Of a DNA stretch of 64,000 nucleotides, positions 47,496-55,591 are shown one piece after another. The first letter of the stretch is position 1. The number at the start of each line of letters is the position of its first letter. This stretch comes from Bacteriovoracaceae bacterium (GTDB lineage Bacteria; Bdellovibrionota; Bacteriovoracia; Bacteriovoracales; Bacteriovoracaceae). Where the stretch lies: contig JBLWTJ010000002.1 of NCBI GenBank assembly GCA_048270185.1, forward strand, positions 32,001 to 96,000, in the 5' to 3' direction. The notes beneath the pieces were generated by a model, which was not told the origin of the DNA, searched no databases, and saw only the letters and a list, made by a program, of their open reading frames with translations. The translations under genes and the position numbers were made by a program.

Positions 47496-49493
47496 ATGAA
47501 GTATTTAACAAAGTCTAAGTTCAAGCTAGGTCTCGAATGTCCTACAAAGCTCTACTATAACGAAGATAAAGAGTACGCTAACGCCAATCTAGATGACCCA
47601 TTTCTTGCGGCTTTAGCAAAGGGAGGCTTTCAAGTTGGAGAACTTGCAAAGTGTTACTATCCTGAAGGTTTTGATATCGTTGAGTTAGACTATGAAACTT
47701 CAACATCTAAAACGAGCAAACTCATGGAAGCTCAAGATGTCACAATCTTTGAAGCAGCAATCCAATACAAGAACCTCTTTGTAAGAGTTGATATTTTAGA
47801 AAAGGTTGGAAATACCATCAACCTGATCGAAGTAAAATCAAAATCAGTTGACCCTGGTCAATTTGAAGACCAGCTCTGGAGTAAAACTGCGGCGAAAAAG
47901 GGAGAGCAAAAGCTTCTCTCAACATGGAAGTCCTATATTTATGACGTGGCCTTCCAAGCCTATGTCTTAAAAAAGGCCTTCCCAAATATGACGATCAATA
48001 GCCATCTCATGTGCGCAGACAAATCAACGATTGCCACAGTCGATGGCCTCAATCAGAAGTTTGTTCTTAAAGAAGAAAATGGACGAAGCTACGCTGAGGT
48101 CAATGGCGACATCAGTCCAGACGCCCTTGGCGAAGAGATCCTTTGTAAAATCCCTCTTAACGAGGTCGTTGAAATTATTCATAGTGAAAATGAGATGAGT
48201 GAACGCTTCAACGGACTTGGGTTTGAAGCAGCAATTTGGCAATTTGCTGACTCCCTTACTCAAGGAGAGAAGATTGAATCAGTGGTTTCTTCAAAGTGCA
48301 AGAATTGTGAATTTAGAGCAAGTGAAGAAGGCAAGAAATCAGGGTTTAATGAATGTTGGTCCCTCGCTCATGGCCTCTCACAAGAAGAACTCGAACAGCC
48401 TCTTGTCTTTGATGTTTGGAATTTTCGAGGTGGAGACAAAGCGCTTGAAAGTGGCAAAGTCCTACTTGAAGACCTCGATGCTACCGATATAAAAACAAAC
48501 CCAAGAAAAGACGGTATCGGACTCTCAAATGGAGAGCGCCAGCTTCTGCAAGTCGAGAAAGTTAAAGACCATGATGACACATCCTTTATTGATATCGAAG
48601 GACTTGCATTAGAAATGAACACATGGAACTACCCTCTTCATATGATCGATTTTGAAACATGTATGGTGGCAATTCCCTTTAATAAAGGACAGGCACCGTA
48701 TGAGCAAATTGCCTTTCAATTCAGTCATCATATCATTCATGAAGATGGTAAGATCGAACATGCAAATGAGTATATCAATGCAACTCAAGGCTTCCACCCA
48801 AACTTTGAGTTTGTCAGACGTCTAAGAGATGCCCTTGGCGACAAAGGTTCGATCTTTCGCTACTCAAACCATGAGAACACAGTACTCTGCCAAATTAGAC
48901 AGCAACTTCTTGATTCTGAGGAAAGCGATGCTGATGAGTTAATCAAATTCATCGAAACAATAACAAATAAGAAATCTGGAAAAGAATATGCCTGGAAGGG
49001 AGATCGCGACATGATTGACCTTTGTGAGATGGTTAAGAAGTACTACTACTCACCACTTACCAATGGCTCTAATTCAATCAAGTACGTACTACCTGCAATC
49101 CTAAATGAATCCAACTTCATTCAAGAAAAGTATTCTAAGCCAATCTACGGTAAAGGCCATGAGATCGAATCTAAGAATTTTGACTCGCATACTTGGATCT
49201 CACTAGACGAGAGCGGCGATGTCATTAACCCATATAAGACACTTCCACCAGTATTTGATAATTATGACTACGATGAACTTGAATTAGTTGGTGAGAATGA
49301 TATTGCAAATGGTGGAGCGGCCCTTACAGCATATGCCATGATGCAATTCACTCATATGTCAGATATCGAGCGAGAGAAAGTAAAGTCAGCGCTTCTTCGC
49401 TATTGTGAATTAGATACCCTCGCGATGGTTATGATTTGGGAGCATTGGAATCATTTAATTACGGAGTCTCAAACAGAGAGAGAGGCATCATAA
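47496..49493 (+). CDS. DUF2779-domain protein (RecB/Cas4-like nuclease plus RNase H-like domain)
   Basis: LTKSKF...CPTKLY, RVDIL..LIEVKS, DVAFQ, CKNCEF..CW, IDFET, PYEQIAFQFS, GSNSIKYVLP, YCELDT. Confidence 0.85.
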   Translation: MKYLTKSKFKLGLECPTKLYYNEDKEYANANLDDPFLAALAKGGFQVGELAKCYYPEGFDIVELDYETSTSKTSKLMEAQDVTIFEAAIQYKNLFVRVDILEKVGNTINLIEVKSKSVDPGQFEDQLWSKTAAKKGEQKLLSTWKSYIYDVAFQAYVLKKAFPNMTINSHLMCADKSTIATVDGLNQKFVLKEENGRSYAEVNGDISPDALGEEILCKIPLNEVVEIIHSENEMSERFNGLGFEAAIWQFADSLTQGEKIESVVSSKCKNCEFRASEEGKKSGFNECWSLAHGLSQEELEQPLVFDVWNFRGGDKALESGKVLLEDLDATDIKTNPRKDGIGLSNGERQLLQVEKVKDHDDTSFIDIEGLALEMNTWNYPLHMIDFETCMVAIPFNKGQAPYEQIAFQFSHHIIHEDGKIEHANEYINATQGFHPNFEFVRRLRDALGDKGSIFRYSNHENTVLCQIRQQLLDSEESDADELIKFIETITNKKSGKEYAWKGDRDMIDLCEMVKKYYYSPLTNGSNSIKYVLPAILNESNFIQEKYSKPIYGKGHEIESKNFDSHTWISLDESGDVINPYKTLPPVFDNYDYDELELVGENDIANGGAALTAYAMMQFTHMSDIEREKVKSALLRYCELDTLAMVMIWEHWNHLITESQTEREAS

Positions 49494-49531
49494 GATAAGA
49501 ATGAAGAAGTCTCTAAAAAAGGTAAACTGCT

Positions 49532-50806
49532 TTAAGCTGCAATTGAATTACTTTTGATGACCTTCTCTACACTAACAGAATCTATTTTATCGATTAACCT
49601 CAGAAAATCGGTATACTTGTGTATTAACTCTAGAGTCTCATAAAGATTTTCCATCGTTTTTGGAGATGCAAGTCGTCGTTTATTTCCTAGATAGCTCTTT
49701 GGATCACTAAGTATTCCACGGTATACATTCAAGGCCATCACTTCAAGAAAATTTATAATTTGGTCTCTTGGAATTTTTGAAGGAACGAGAATTCGCTTAA
49801 AGCTTCTCTTTCCATGATATTCATCTTCGATAATGAATGATAAATCACTATCAAGCTTGAGCTTCAGTTTCTTAGCATGGTGCCTAGGAGGAGTAATTAT
49901 TAAAGTTTTACTTCTTAAGGATTCTCTCGATTTTGGGTGTAAAGTCCATTGTCCTGGTACATCATCACTTTTTAAACGATTGAGGGACTCTGTGAAGCAC
50001 TCACCGAAACTCCAAAGAATATCTAACTTTGCCTCATGAATAATATCATTATTACTACCATTCTTATCAAGGCGTATATTATTGAGAGCATTTAAAAACT
50101 CTAAGACATTTATTAAATTCTTTACTCGTTTATTCTTAGTAGGATTTTTAAGATTTAATGAGTGTAGTATTTCAAGAATATCCTTAGTCCAAGACAATTG
50201 AACCCAATACTTTGCTTCAATTCCATCCTTGCCTGAATCGTGTGCTTTAGGAGGAACACCAAGCAAAGTTAAATAAACATACTCCTGGTACTTCTCACGA
50301 TAAAATACTTCATTAAAATATTTACGATAATAATATAATTGATCTTTGTGATTATGAGTAAATAGTTTATTTTCTACGACGAGTGTAAAACTATCCTTCT
50401 TATCTAAGTCTAGAAGGACTATATCGCACTGTCCATACTTATCCTTTGAATTGACGGCCCCCAATGGAAACTCTCTTATGACACCTGCATTAGTAATCCC
50501 GCGCGCTAGATCACTAACTGACTTTCGAGATGAATTTGTACGATGCTTTCTTAAAACTAACTTATTCTTCTTAGACTTTAGTCCGTTAGCTTCCTCAGCT
50601 CTATTCGCTGCAATTTTAGTAATAAACTTTTTTGGGAAGGAACTACCAAAATAGCTCTTTTCTCTCGAATCCAGTAAGGCCGCAAACATATTCGAAAACC
50701 ACTCTTCACTCATTGAAAAGTGAATCAAGTCCTGCCAATCTTTGTGATCTTTAGAAATTTTATCAAAAATAGCTTTTAACTTACTGAGATTACGTTGAGT
50801 CGTCAT
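49532..50806 (-). CDS. PD-(D/E)XK nuclease family protein (PDDEXK_4-like)
   Basis: EEWFSNMFAALLD, IREF, CDIVL..LVVENKL..DQLYYY, YLTL. Confidence 0.8.
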   Translation of the reverse strand: MTTQRNLSKLKAIFDKISKDHKDWQDLIHFSMSEEWFSNMFAALLDSREKSYFGSSFPKKFITKIAANRAEEANGLKSKKNKLVLRKHRTNSSRKSVSDLARGITNAGVIREFPLGAVNSKDKYGQCDIVLLDLDKKDSFTLVVENKLFTHNHKDQLYYYRKYFNEVFYREKYQEYVYLTLLGVPPKAHDSGKDGIEAKYWVQLSWTKDILEILHSLNLKNPTKNKRVKNLINVLEFLNALNNIRLDKNGSNNDIIHEAKLDILWSFGECFTESLNRLKSDDVPGQWTLHPKSRESLRSKTLIITPPRHHAKKLKLKLDSDLSFIIEDEYHGKRSFKRILVPSKIPRDQIINFLEVMALNVYRGILSDPKSYLGNKRRLASPKTMENLYETLELIHKYTDFLRLIDKIDSVSVEKVIKSNSIAA

Positions 50807-50842
50807 ACCTCCTTATCGGTATGACTAAATAAAAGTTAAGTG

Positions 50843-51403
50843 CTACCCCAGAATTAAGTTTAACCATCTCTCATCACGATCAGGCCTCTTATCCTCGGTA
50901 ATCCAATCTTTCTCTATCCTCAGATTCGAAGGCAAAAACTCTTTAATCGTCTCAAGAGTTTGATCATTGAAGAAGCGACCATTCCTCTCCCCTTCATGCT
51001 CTCCATATTTGAAAGAACAGTAAAAGACCGCATCGTCATTCATAAGGTTTGATATTTTTAATAAGACATCTTTAAGTTCGTTTGAGGGCACATGTAACAG
51101 AGAAGCACATGCCCAGATTCCATCAAATTTAGAATCAAGACTTACTTCCTGAAGTGTTCCGAGATGAACAACACAACCACTGTGAGAACGAGCAAATTGC
51201 GCGAGTTTCTCACTTGGTTCAAGACCTATAGCTTCATATCCATGATCTTTAAAATACTTGAGATCTCGTCCCGGGCCACAGCCGATGTCTAAGATCAATC
51301 CGCCATCCTTTACGTTTTCGAGAAATGGTTTGTAAAGATGTGACAGGTCTAAATCTAGAGTTGAATCAATGAATTCTTGGTTATTCTTATCGTAGTAATT
51401 CAT
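50843..51403 (-). CDS. Class I SAM-dependent methyltransferase
   Basis: ILDIGCGPGRD, FDGIWACASLLHVP, SFKYG. Confidence 0.9.
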   Translation of the reverse strand: MNYYDKNNQEFIDSTLDLDLSHLYKPFLENVKDGGLILDIGCGPGRDLKYFKDHGYEAIGLEPSEKLAQFARSHSGCVVHLGTLQEVSLDSKFDGIWACASLLHVPSNELKDVLLKISNLMNDDAVFYCSFKYGEHEGERNGRFFNDQTLETIKEFLPSNLRIEKDWITEDKRPDRDERWLNLILG

Positions 51404-51464
51404 AATACTAGATTACTCGAAATTTATAATCGCATCAAATCTATTTAGACGATATAATATCTCC

Positions 51465-52373
51465 ATGATCGAAGATTTTATCCAATGGTACGACAATATT
51501 AATAAGGCACGTGCAAAAGACTATTATGCGCCTCACAAGCCAATAACAATCCTATATGCACTTGTCAAAGCAGCGAAAAATGTACGCTGGATTGAATTCA
51601 ATAGAGATCGTGAAGAGCTTGAGTCTATTATTAGTGAGTTTACTAAGTATTCAACAAGGCCAAATTGTCTTCAGCCTCTTTGGCGACTTACAAATGACTC
51701 TAAAGCAATGCCTTATTGGACAACACAGCCTGCTAATATTGTTTTAAACAATAAAGGTGATATCCCTACTGGAACAGCAAAAGAGATTAATTTTAAAGCT
51801 GGCTTTAGTGACGAGATCTATAACAAGCTTAAAAATAATAAAGCTCACATACATGCTCTCATTCGCTATATAACTGAAGACAACTTCCCGGACAGTCTCC
51901 ATGAAACACTTTGGGAGCTACTTGGTGTCTTTGACCTAGAAGCTCAAGCTCCTTCAGAAGAAACTATCACGACAACAGTGACAAAAGTGAAGAGAGATCC
52001 AAAGTTTCCAAAACTTATTCTGTCCCTCTATGGTAACCAATGTGCTTGCTGTGGATTAAAGATTAACTTCAAAAATAACACCGCTCTATCAATGGAAGCT
52101 GCTCATATCAAGTGGAAAGCTCGCGGTGGAGACTGTAATGAGTACAATGGCCTAGCCCTATGTCCAACTCACCACTACACTTTTGATCGTGGTATCTGGA
52201 CACTTAACTCTGATTATAGAATTGAACTTAGTGACTCAATTTTAATTGACCGCAAAAATGACACTTTCTTTACACCCTATATTGGTAAATCTATTGGAAG
52301 GTTTATTCTAAATGAGGAGTTACTACCGAGTGCAGGGAATATTGAGTGGCATAGGAAGAATATTTTGAAATAA
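51465..52373 (+). CDS. Phosphorothioate-DNA-binding (SBD)-HNH restriction endonuclease
   Basis: APHKP and QPLWRLTND (SBD); CACCG..EAAHIKW..NGLALCPTHH.TFDRG (HNH). Confidence 0.85.
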   Translation: MIEDFIQWYDNINKARAKDYYAPHKPITILYALVKAAKNVRWIEFNRDREELESIISEFTKYSTRPNCLQPLWRLTNDSKAMPYWTTQPANIVLNNKGDIPTGTAKEINFKAGFSDEIYNKLKNNKAHIHALIRYITEDNFPDSLHETLWELLGVFDLEAQAPSEETITTTVTKVKRDPKFPKLILSLYGNQCACCGLKINFKNNTALSMEAAHIKWKARGGDCNEYNGLALCPTHHYTFDRGIWTLNSDYRIELSDSILIDRKNDTFFTPYIGKSIGRFILNEELLPSAGNIEWHRKNILK

Positions 52374-52374
52374 T

Positions 52375-53403
52375 TTAGTTAAACTCATGAAGAAATGAGT
52401 CTCCTATTTTATGTATATGTACAGTCCTCTCATACCCAAGCCTTAATTCATGAACTTTAACAACGATACAATTAAACATAAGTCTAGCATCTATAATATT
52501 AAAGTGATGACAGGTGTTCTTTGCAAGAGGATTACTGCTTCGTATTTGATTGTAGTAACCTTCTAATATTTTAACTTGCAGCTTCTCAAATACCAAAAAC
52601 TGCAGCGGAGAATGCCAGCCAGACTGAATACAAGAACTCGTTAAAGATGATATCTGTTCCAAACTAGAGTCTACAACATAACTTCTCTCTATTTTTTCTA
52701 CATCTTTTCTTTTTCTAACCACTTTCTTAATTCTTATATAGCGCTTAGATAAGTCGGAATGCACTTCATACAAAATATCCTTTAGTCCGCCTCTGATTTT
52801 TGTCTTTTCTATAAAATTCACTTTAGAAACAGCATATAAATAGTGGTCCCCATGTATAACTGCCAAATAAAACACCTTGTTTGCTTCTTCCTCTTCTTCA
52901 CTTCTAAAATCAATGAAGATTGGTTTATTTGATTTTTTCCAGTTTCTAAGGACTCTTAGATTAAAATCCTTCAGATCAATCACTTTTTCTTTAAGTTGGC
53001 TACACACTATGCTTAGATCAGATTGACATCGACTTCCATCAACAATCCAGACCATATTATGATAAAACTTCTCTCTTGCATGAATCTCTTCCTCATCTAA
53101 TCGAGAATGTTGTATTTCTATAAAGAAACCATCTGGCCTTTTAACATCTGCTATATGCTTTTCGCCATTTGCATCGAAATGTACAACCTCTTGCCATTCT
53201 TCATCATAATGATTCTTCCAAGCTCTATGCCATTCACTTTCTCGTTCCCACCAATCATCACATTCGTTTTTTGCTTTATGAGCCCAATGCCAGGCCATAA
53301 TTTTTCCACATTTGGCTATGAGTTCAGATTTACAATAAGAACAAACTCCTTTTAGCTTCGGGAGCGCTTCAGATTTTATTCCATCAACAAGTCCGAATTT
53401 CAT
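52375..53403 (-). CDS. CoiA-family nuclease-like protein
   Basis: CSYC..CG..WHWAH..C..ESEWH; ADV..IEIQHS. Confidence 0.85.
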   Translation of the reverse strand: MKFGLVDGIKSEALPKLKGVCSYCKSELIAKCGKIMAWHWAHKAKNECDDWWERESEWHRAWKNHYDEEWQEVVHFDANGEKHIADVKRPDGFFIEIQHSRLDEEEIHAREKFYHNMVWIVDGSRCQSDLSIVCSQLKEKVIDLKDFNLRVLRNWKKSNKPIFIDFRSEEEEEANKVFYLAVIHGDHYLYAVSKVNFIEKTKIRGGLKDILYEVHSDLSKRYIRIKKVVRKRKDVEKIERSYVVDSSLEQISSLTSSCIQSGWHSPLQFLVFEKLQVKILEGYYNQIRSSNPLAKNTCHHFNIIDARLMFNCIVVKVHELRLGYERTVHIHKIGDSFLHEFN

Positions 53404-54050
53404 TATTCGCTCGTTTTTAAAACTTTTATTAGTCTTCGAGCTTTTCCAGACTTCTGAATAATATCCATTTTAGGCTCTTTATACCCTATTCTTCCTGCAA
53501 CACGCTCTAAAGTAAGATTTGTCTCACCCAACTCTAGATACTCATTACTTGAGTTTTTACTAGTGTGAATGACACTTATTTTCACAAAATCTTTCTGACT
53601 ATCTACTTCGACAATATGATCGAGCTTTATATCTACTATCTGTTTAAAGATAGAATTCCATCGTTTACTATTTTCAATATAAAATTGTGTAAAAGATTTA
53701 TAATTTCGAAACGGAGGATAATTACTTTTATATAAAGAGAAATCCGAGAATAATGCGGTATAAAATGGTTCACCTAACTTATAACTATCAGGTAGTGAAT
53801 CTGAAATACATTGTAGATCATCTCTACGATTATTGATCTCAGAATCATCAATCATGACTATGATATCGGCTTCTTCTAGTCGACTTATAGGAAACCGTAC
53901 ATCTGCAAGCATCGAGTTTTTTGACTTATAACCAAAATACGCCGCCACTAGCTCATGAGCATGAGCTGCTTTTAACTTAATATCGTAATTTTCTTTAGTG
54001 AATGAGCGCAGTGAATCTGCACATTTTTTTGAAATCTCTTGAATAGACAT
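53403..54050 (-). CDS. Hypothetical MGE-associated protein (glyoxalase_8-like N-terminal HTH)
   Basis: KKCADSLR...LKAAHAHELVAAYFGYKS; GGAG SD before ATG 54050. Confidence 0.6.
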   Translation of the reverse strand: MSIQEISKKCADSLRSFTKENYDIKLKAAHAHELVAAYFGYKSKNSMLADVRFPISRLEEADIIVMIDDSEINNRRDDLQCISDSLPDSYKLGEPFYTALFSDFSLYKSNYPPFRNYKSFTQFYIENSKRWNSIFKQIVDIKLDHIVEVDSQKDFVKISVIHTSKNSSNEYLELGETNLTLERVAGRIGYKEPKMDIIQKSGKARRLIKVLKTSE

Positions 54051-54069
54051 CTTAAACTCCATTAAACGA

Positions 54070-54215
54070 GCTGGACTTAAATTTAGTTGTTATGTGCGTT
54101 CAATACAACTAAGCCAGCAATTTAATAAAGTATAAAAGTGCTTCTTAGAGTTTATATAACTATCGTCTTTTCGGGCGCACACACCTGAGGCAAATCGACT
54201 CCTTGGATCAAGGTA
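54070..54215 (-). ncRNA. Putative structured leader RNA
   Basis: Nested stem GCTGG/CCAGC plus TTAGTTGT/ACAACTAA; loop hexamer is complementary to 54176-54181. Confidence 0.35.
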
Positions 54216-54286
54216 TCTGATTCATATAAGATGAGCAAGTTAATTTTTTACTAACCGCTAGTACATATAATGGTGGACGTTCGACA

Positions 54287-54745
54287 ATGCTAGACGAACT
54301 CTGCGACTACGCGAATTATGTGCCTGTTATCATTACTCATTTCTTCAACAAACCCATTCAAAATTCGGAACTTTTGCGGAAACTGTACTTAGAAAAAGAC
54401 CTTTCTAGCTATGAAATTTCAAAATTAACAGGCTGGCCTCGCTCTTCAATAAGTGATGCAACTCGTGCCCTTGGATTCAAAAAAGAAGAAGTGAAAGCAC
54501 CTACTCTTCGCTTCGGTGAAAAGCTTATTGGGACTACGCGTGTAGTTCATAAAGGAGAACAAAAGGTAATTGAAAAGATGATTTCCCTTCGAGAGAAAGG
54601 TTATTCATTCAAGCGAATCTCTGAATACTTAAACGATAAAAACATACCAACTAAACTCGGAGGGTCATGGTACCCATCTACAGTAAAAGACATTGTTAAG
54701 CGAGAGCTTAAGAAAAGGGAGGCATATCATGCGTGCGATAATTGA
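54287..54745 (+). CDS. HTH plus large-serine-recombinase DNA-binding (Recombinase) domain, no catalytic domain
   Basis: RFG...EQKVIEKMISLREKGYSFKRISEYLN..IPTKLGGSWYPSTVKDI. Confidence 0.75.
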   Translation: MLDELCDYANYVPVIITHFFNKPIQNSELLRKLYLEKDLSSYEISKLTGWPRSSISDATRALGFKKEEVKAPTLRFGEKLIGTTRVVHKGEQKVIEKMISLREKGYSFKRISEYLNDKNIPTKLGGSWYPSTVKDIVKRELKKREAYHACDN

Positions 54746-54893
54746 GATAATTCTTGCGATAATTTTTACAGTGATTTCAGGAACCACGGTTTTGAATCTT
54801 TCAAGTAAGGCCATAAAAAAGGAAGCCATCATTAAAGTTCATATGGGACTTCCTTCGTTAGAGAGCTTTACTAAAAAGATGACGAAGAAATAG
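54729..54893 (+). CDS. Small membrane protein
   Basis: GGAGG SD then MRAIIEIILAIIFTVISG; 54 aa. Confidence 0.5.
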   Translation: MRAIIEIILAIIFTVISGTTVLNLSSKAIKKEAIIKVHMGLPSLESFTKKMTKK

Positions 54894-54902
54894 CCTCAAA
54901 AG

Positions 54903-55316
54903 CTAAAGGATCAGTGTGTTTTCTTTATTTGATGACATCTTCATTAAAGAGACTGAAATAAATATCCAAAAAACAGTGCGGACAGTCATTGCACCAACGG
55001 TTCTCATTTCATAGGGATTTCCTAAGAATATATGAACACCAAAGGCTATAAATACTAATAATGTTAATGTTGCTAAAGCAGAGGATAACTTTAAAGCCCA
55101 CTTGGTTCTTAAGCTGATACCTATTCCAGATATTACATAGAAAAATCCTGCAATAAAATTAAACCAGAGTACAAATGGGACATACTTACCAGCAAATTCT
55201 TTTCCATCTATACCACCAAAAAGAGCAAATCCCCCAGACTTTATCGTCATAACTCCAAATCCTATAGCCAGTAGGCCAAGAATTAAGACGATAATTTTTT
55301 CTCGTTTATGATTCAC
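54903..55316 (-). CDS. Four-TM hypothetical membrane protein
   Basis: YVPFVLWFNFIAGFFY and YEMRTVGAMTVR; overlaps the upstream stop. Confidence 0.8.
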   Translation of the reverse strand: MNHKREKIIVLILGLLAIGFGVMTIKSGGFALFGGIDGKEFAGKYVPFVLWFNFIAGFFYVISGIGISLRTKWALKLSSALATLTLLVFIAFGVHIFLGNPYEMRTVGAMTVRTVFWIFISVSLMKMSSNKENTLIL

Positions 55317-55588
55317 TTTAAAAACTCCACATGAAATTCAACATCACCCAAGGGCTCTATATGATGAGGAACTTGAGGCTCAACAACTCCAAATTTTTCA
55401 GGTGTTAGCTCAATAGCCTCTTGTGGTTCTGTCTCTATTGTATATAGTAATTTCCCTTTGGAGACACAAATTTTTCCCCATGTACCTTCTTTTGTTGTAT
55501 GCGCCTTTAGCAGCCCAGCGGGGACAGTTTTTTCATTAAAGTCAGGGGTGCGTTTATATACGCTTACATTTTCGGGTAGTTTCTTCAT
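55313..55588 (-). CDS. DUF1971 / TehB N-terminal-like cupin protein
   Basis: YKRTPDF..TVPAGLLKAHTTKEGTWGKI...VEPQVPHHIEP...FHVEF. Confidence 0.85.
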   Translation of the reverse strand: MKKLPENVSVYKRTPDFNEKTVPAGLLKAHTTKEGTWGKICVSKGKLLYTIETEPQEAIELTPEKFGVVEPQVPHHIEPLGDVEFHVEFLK

Positions 55589-55591
55589 ATC

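Larger units (their letters stand above)
36511..54893. mobile_element. Putative defence/genomic island (boundaries approximate)
   Basis: Dense cluster of nuclease, helicase and WYL genes in mixed orientation, ending at a tRNA-end-like sequence and a recombinase-domain gene. Confidence 0.55.

Noticed and set aside
47496..49493. Cas4-like motifs suggesting a CRISPR-Cas locus
   Set aside because: No repeat-spacer array and no cas1, cas2 or effector gene was seen in the window.
50843..51403. DNA methyltransferase of a restriction-modification pair with the HNH nuclease
   Set aside because: No DPPY/NPPY or PC motif; it looks like a small-molecule class I MTase.
54271..54301. Complete tRNA gene
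   Set aside because: Only a CCACCA end and a GTTCG hairpin are present; no cloverleaf could be built.
54287..54745. Functional serine integrase
   Set aside because: Only 152 aa and lacks the N-terminal catalytic resolvase domain.
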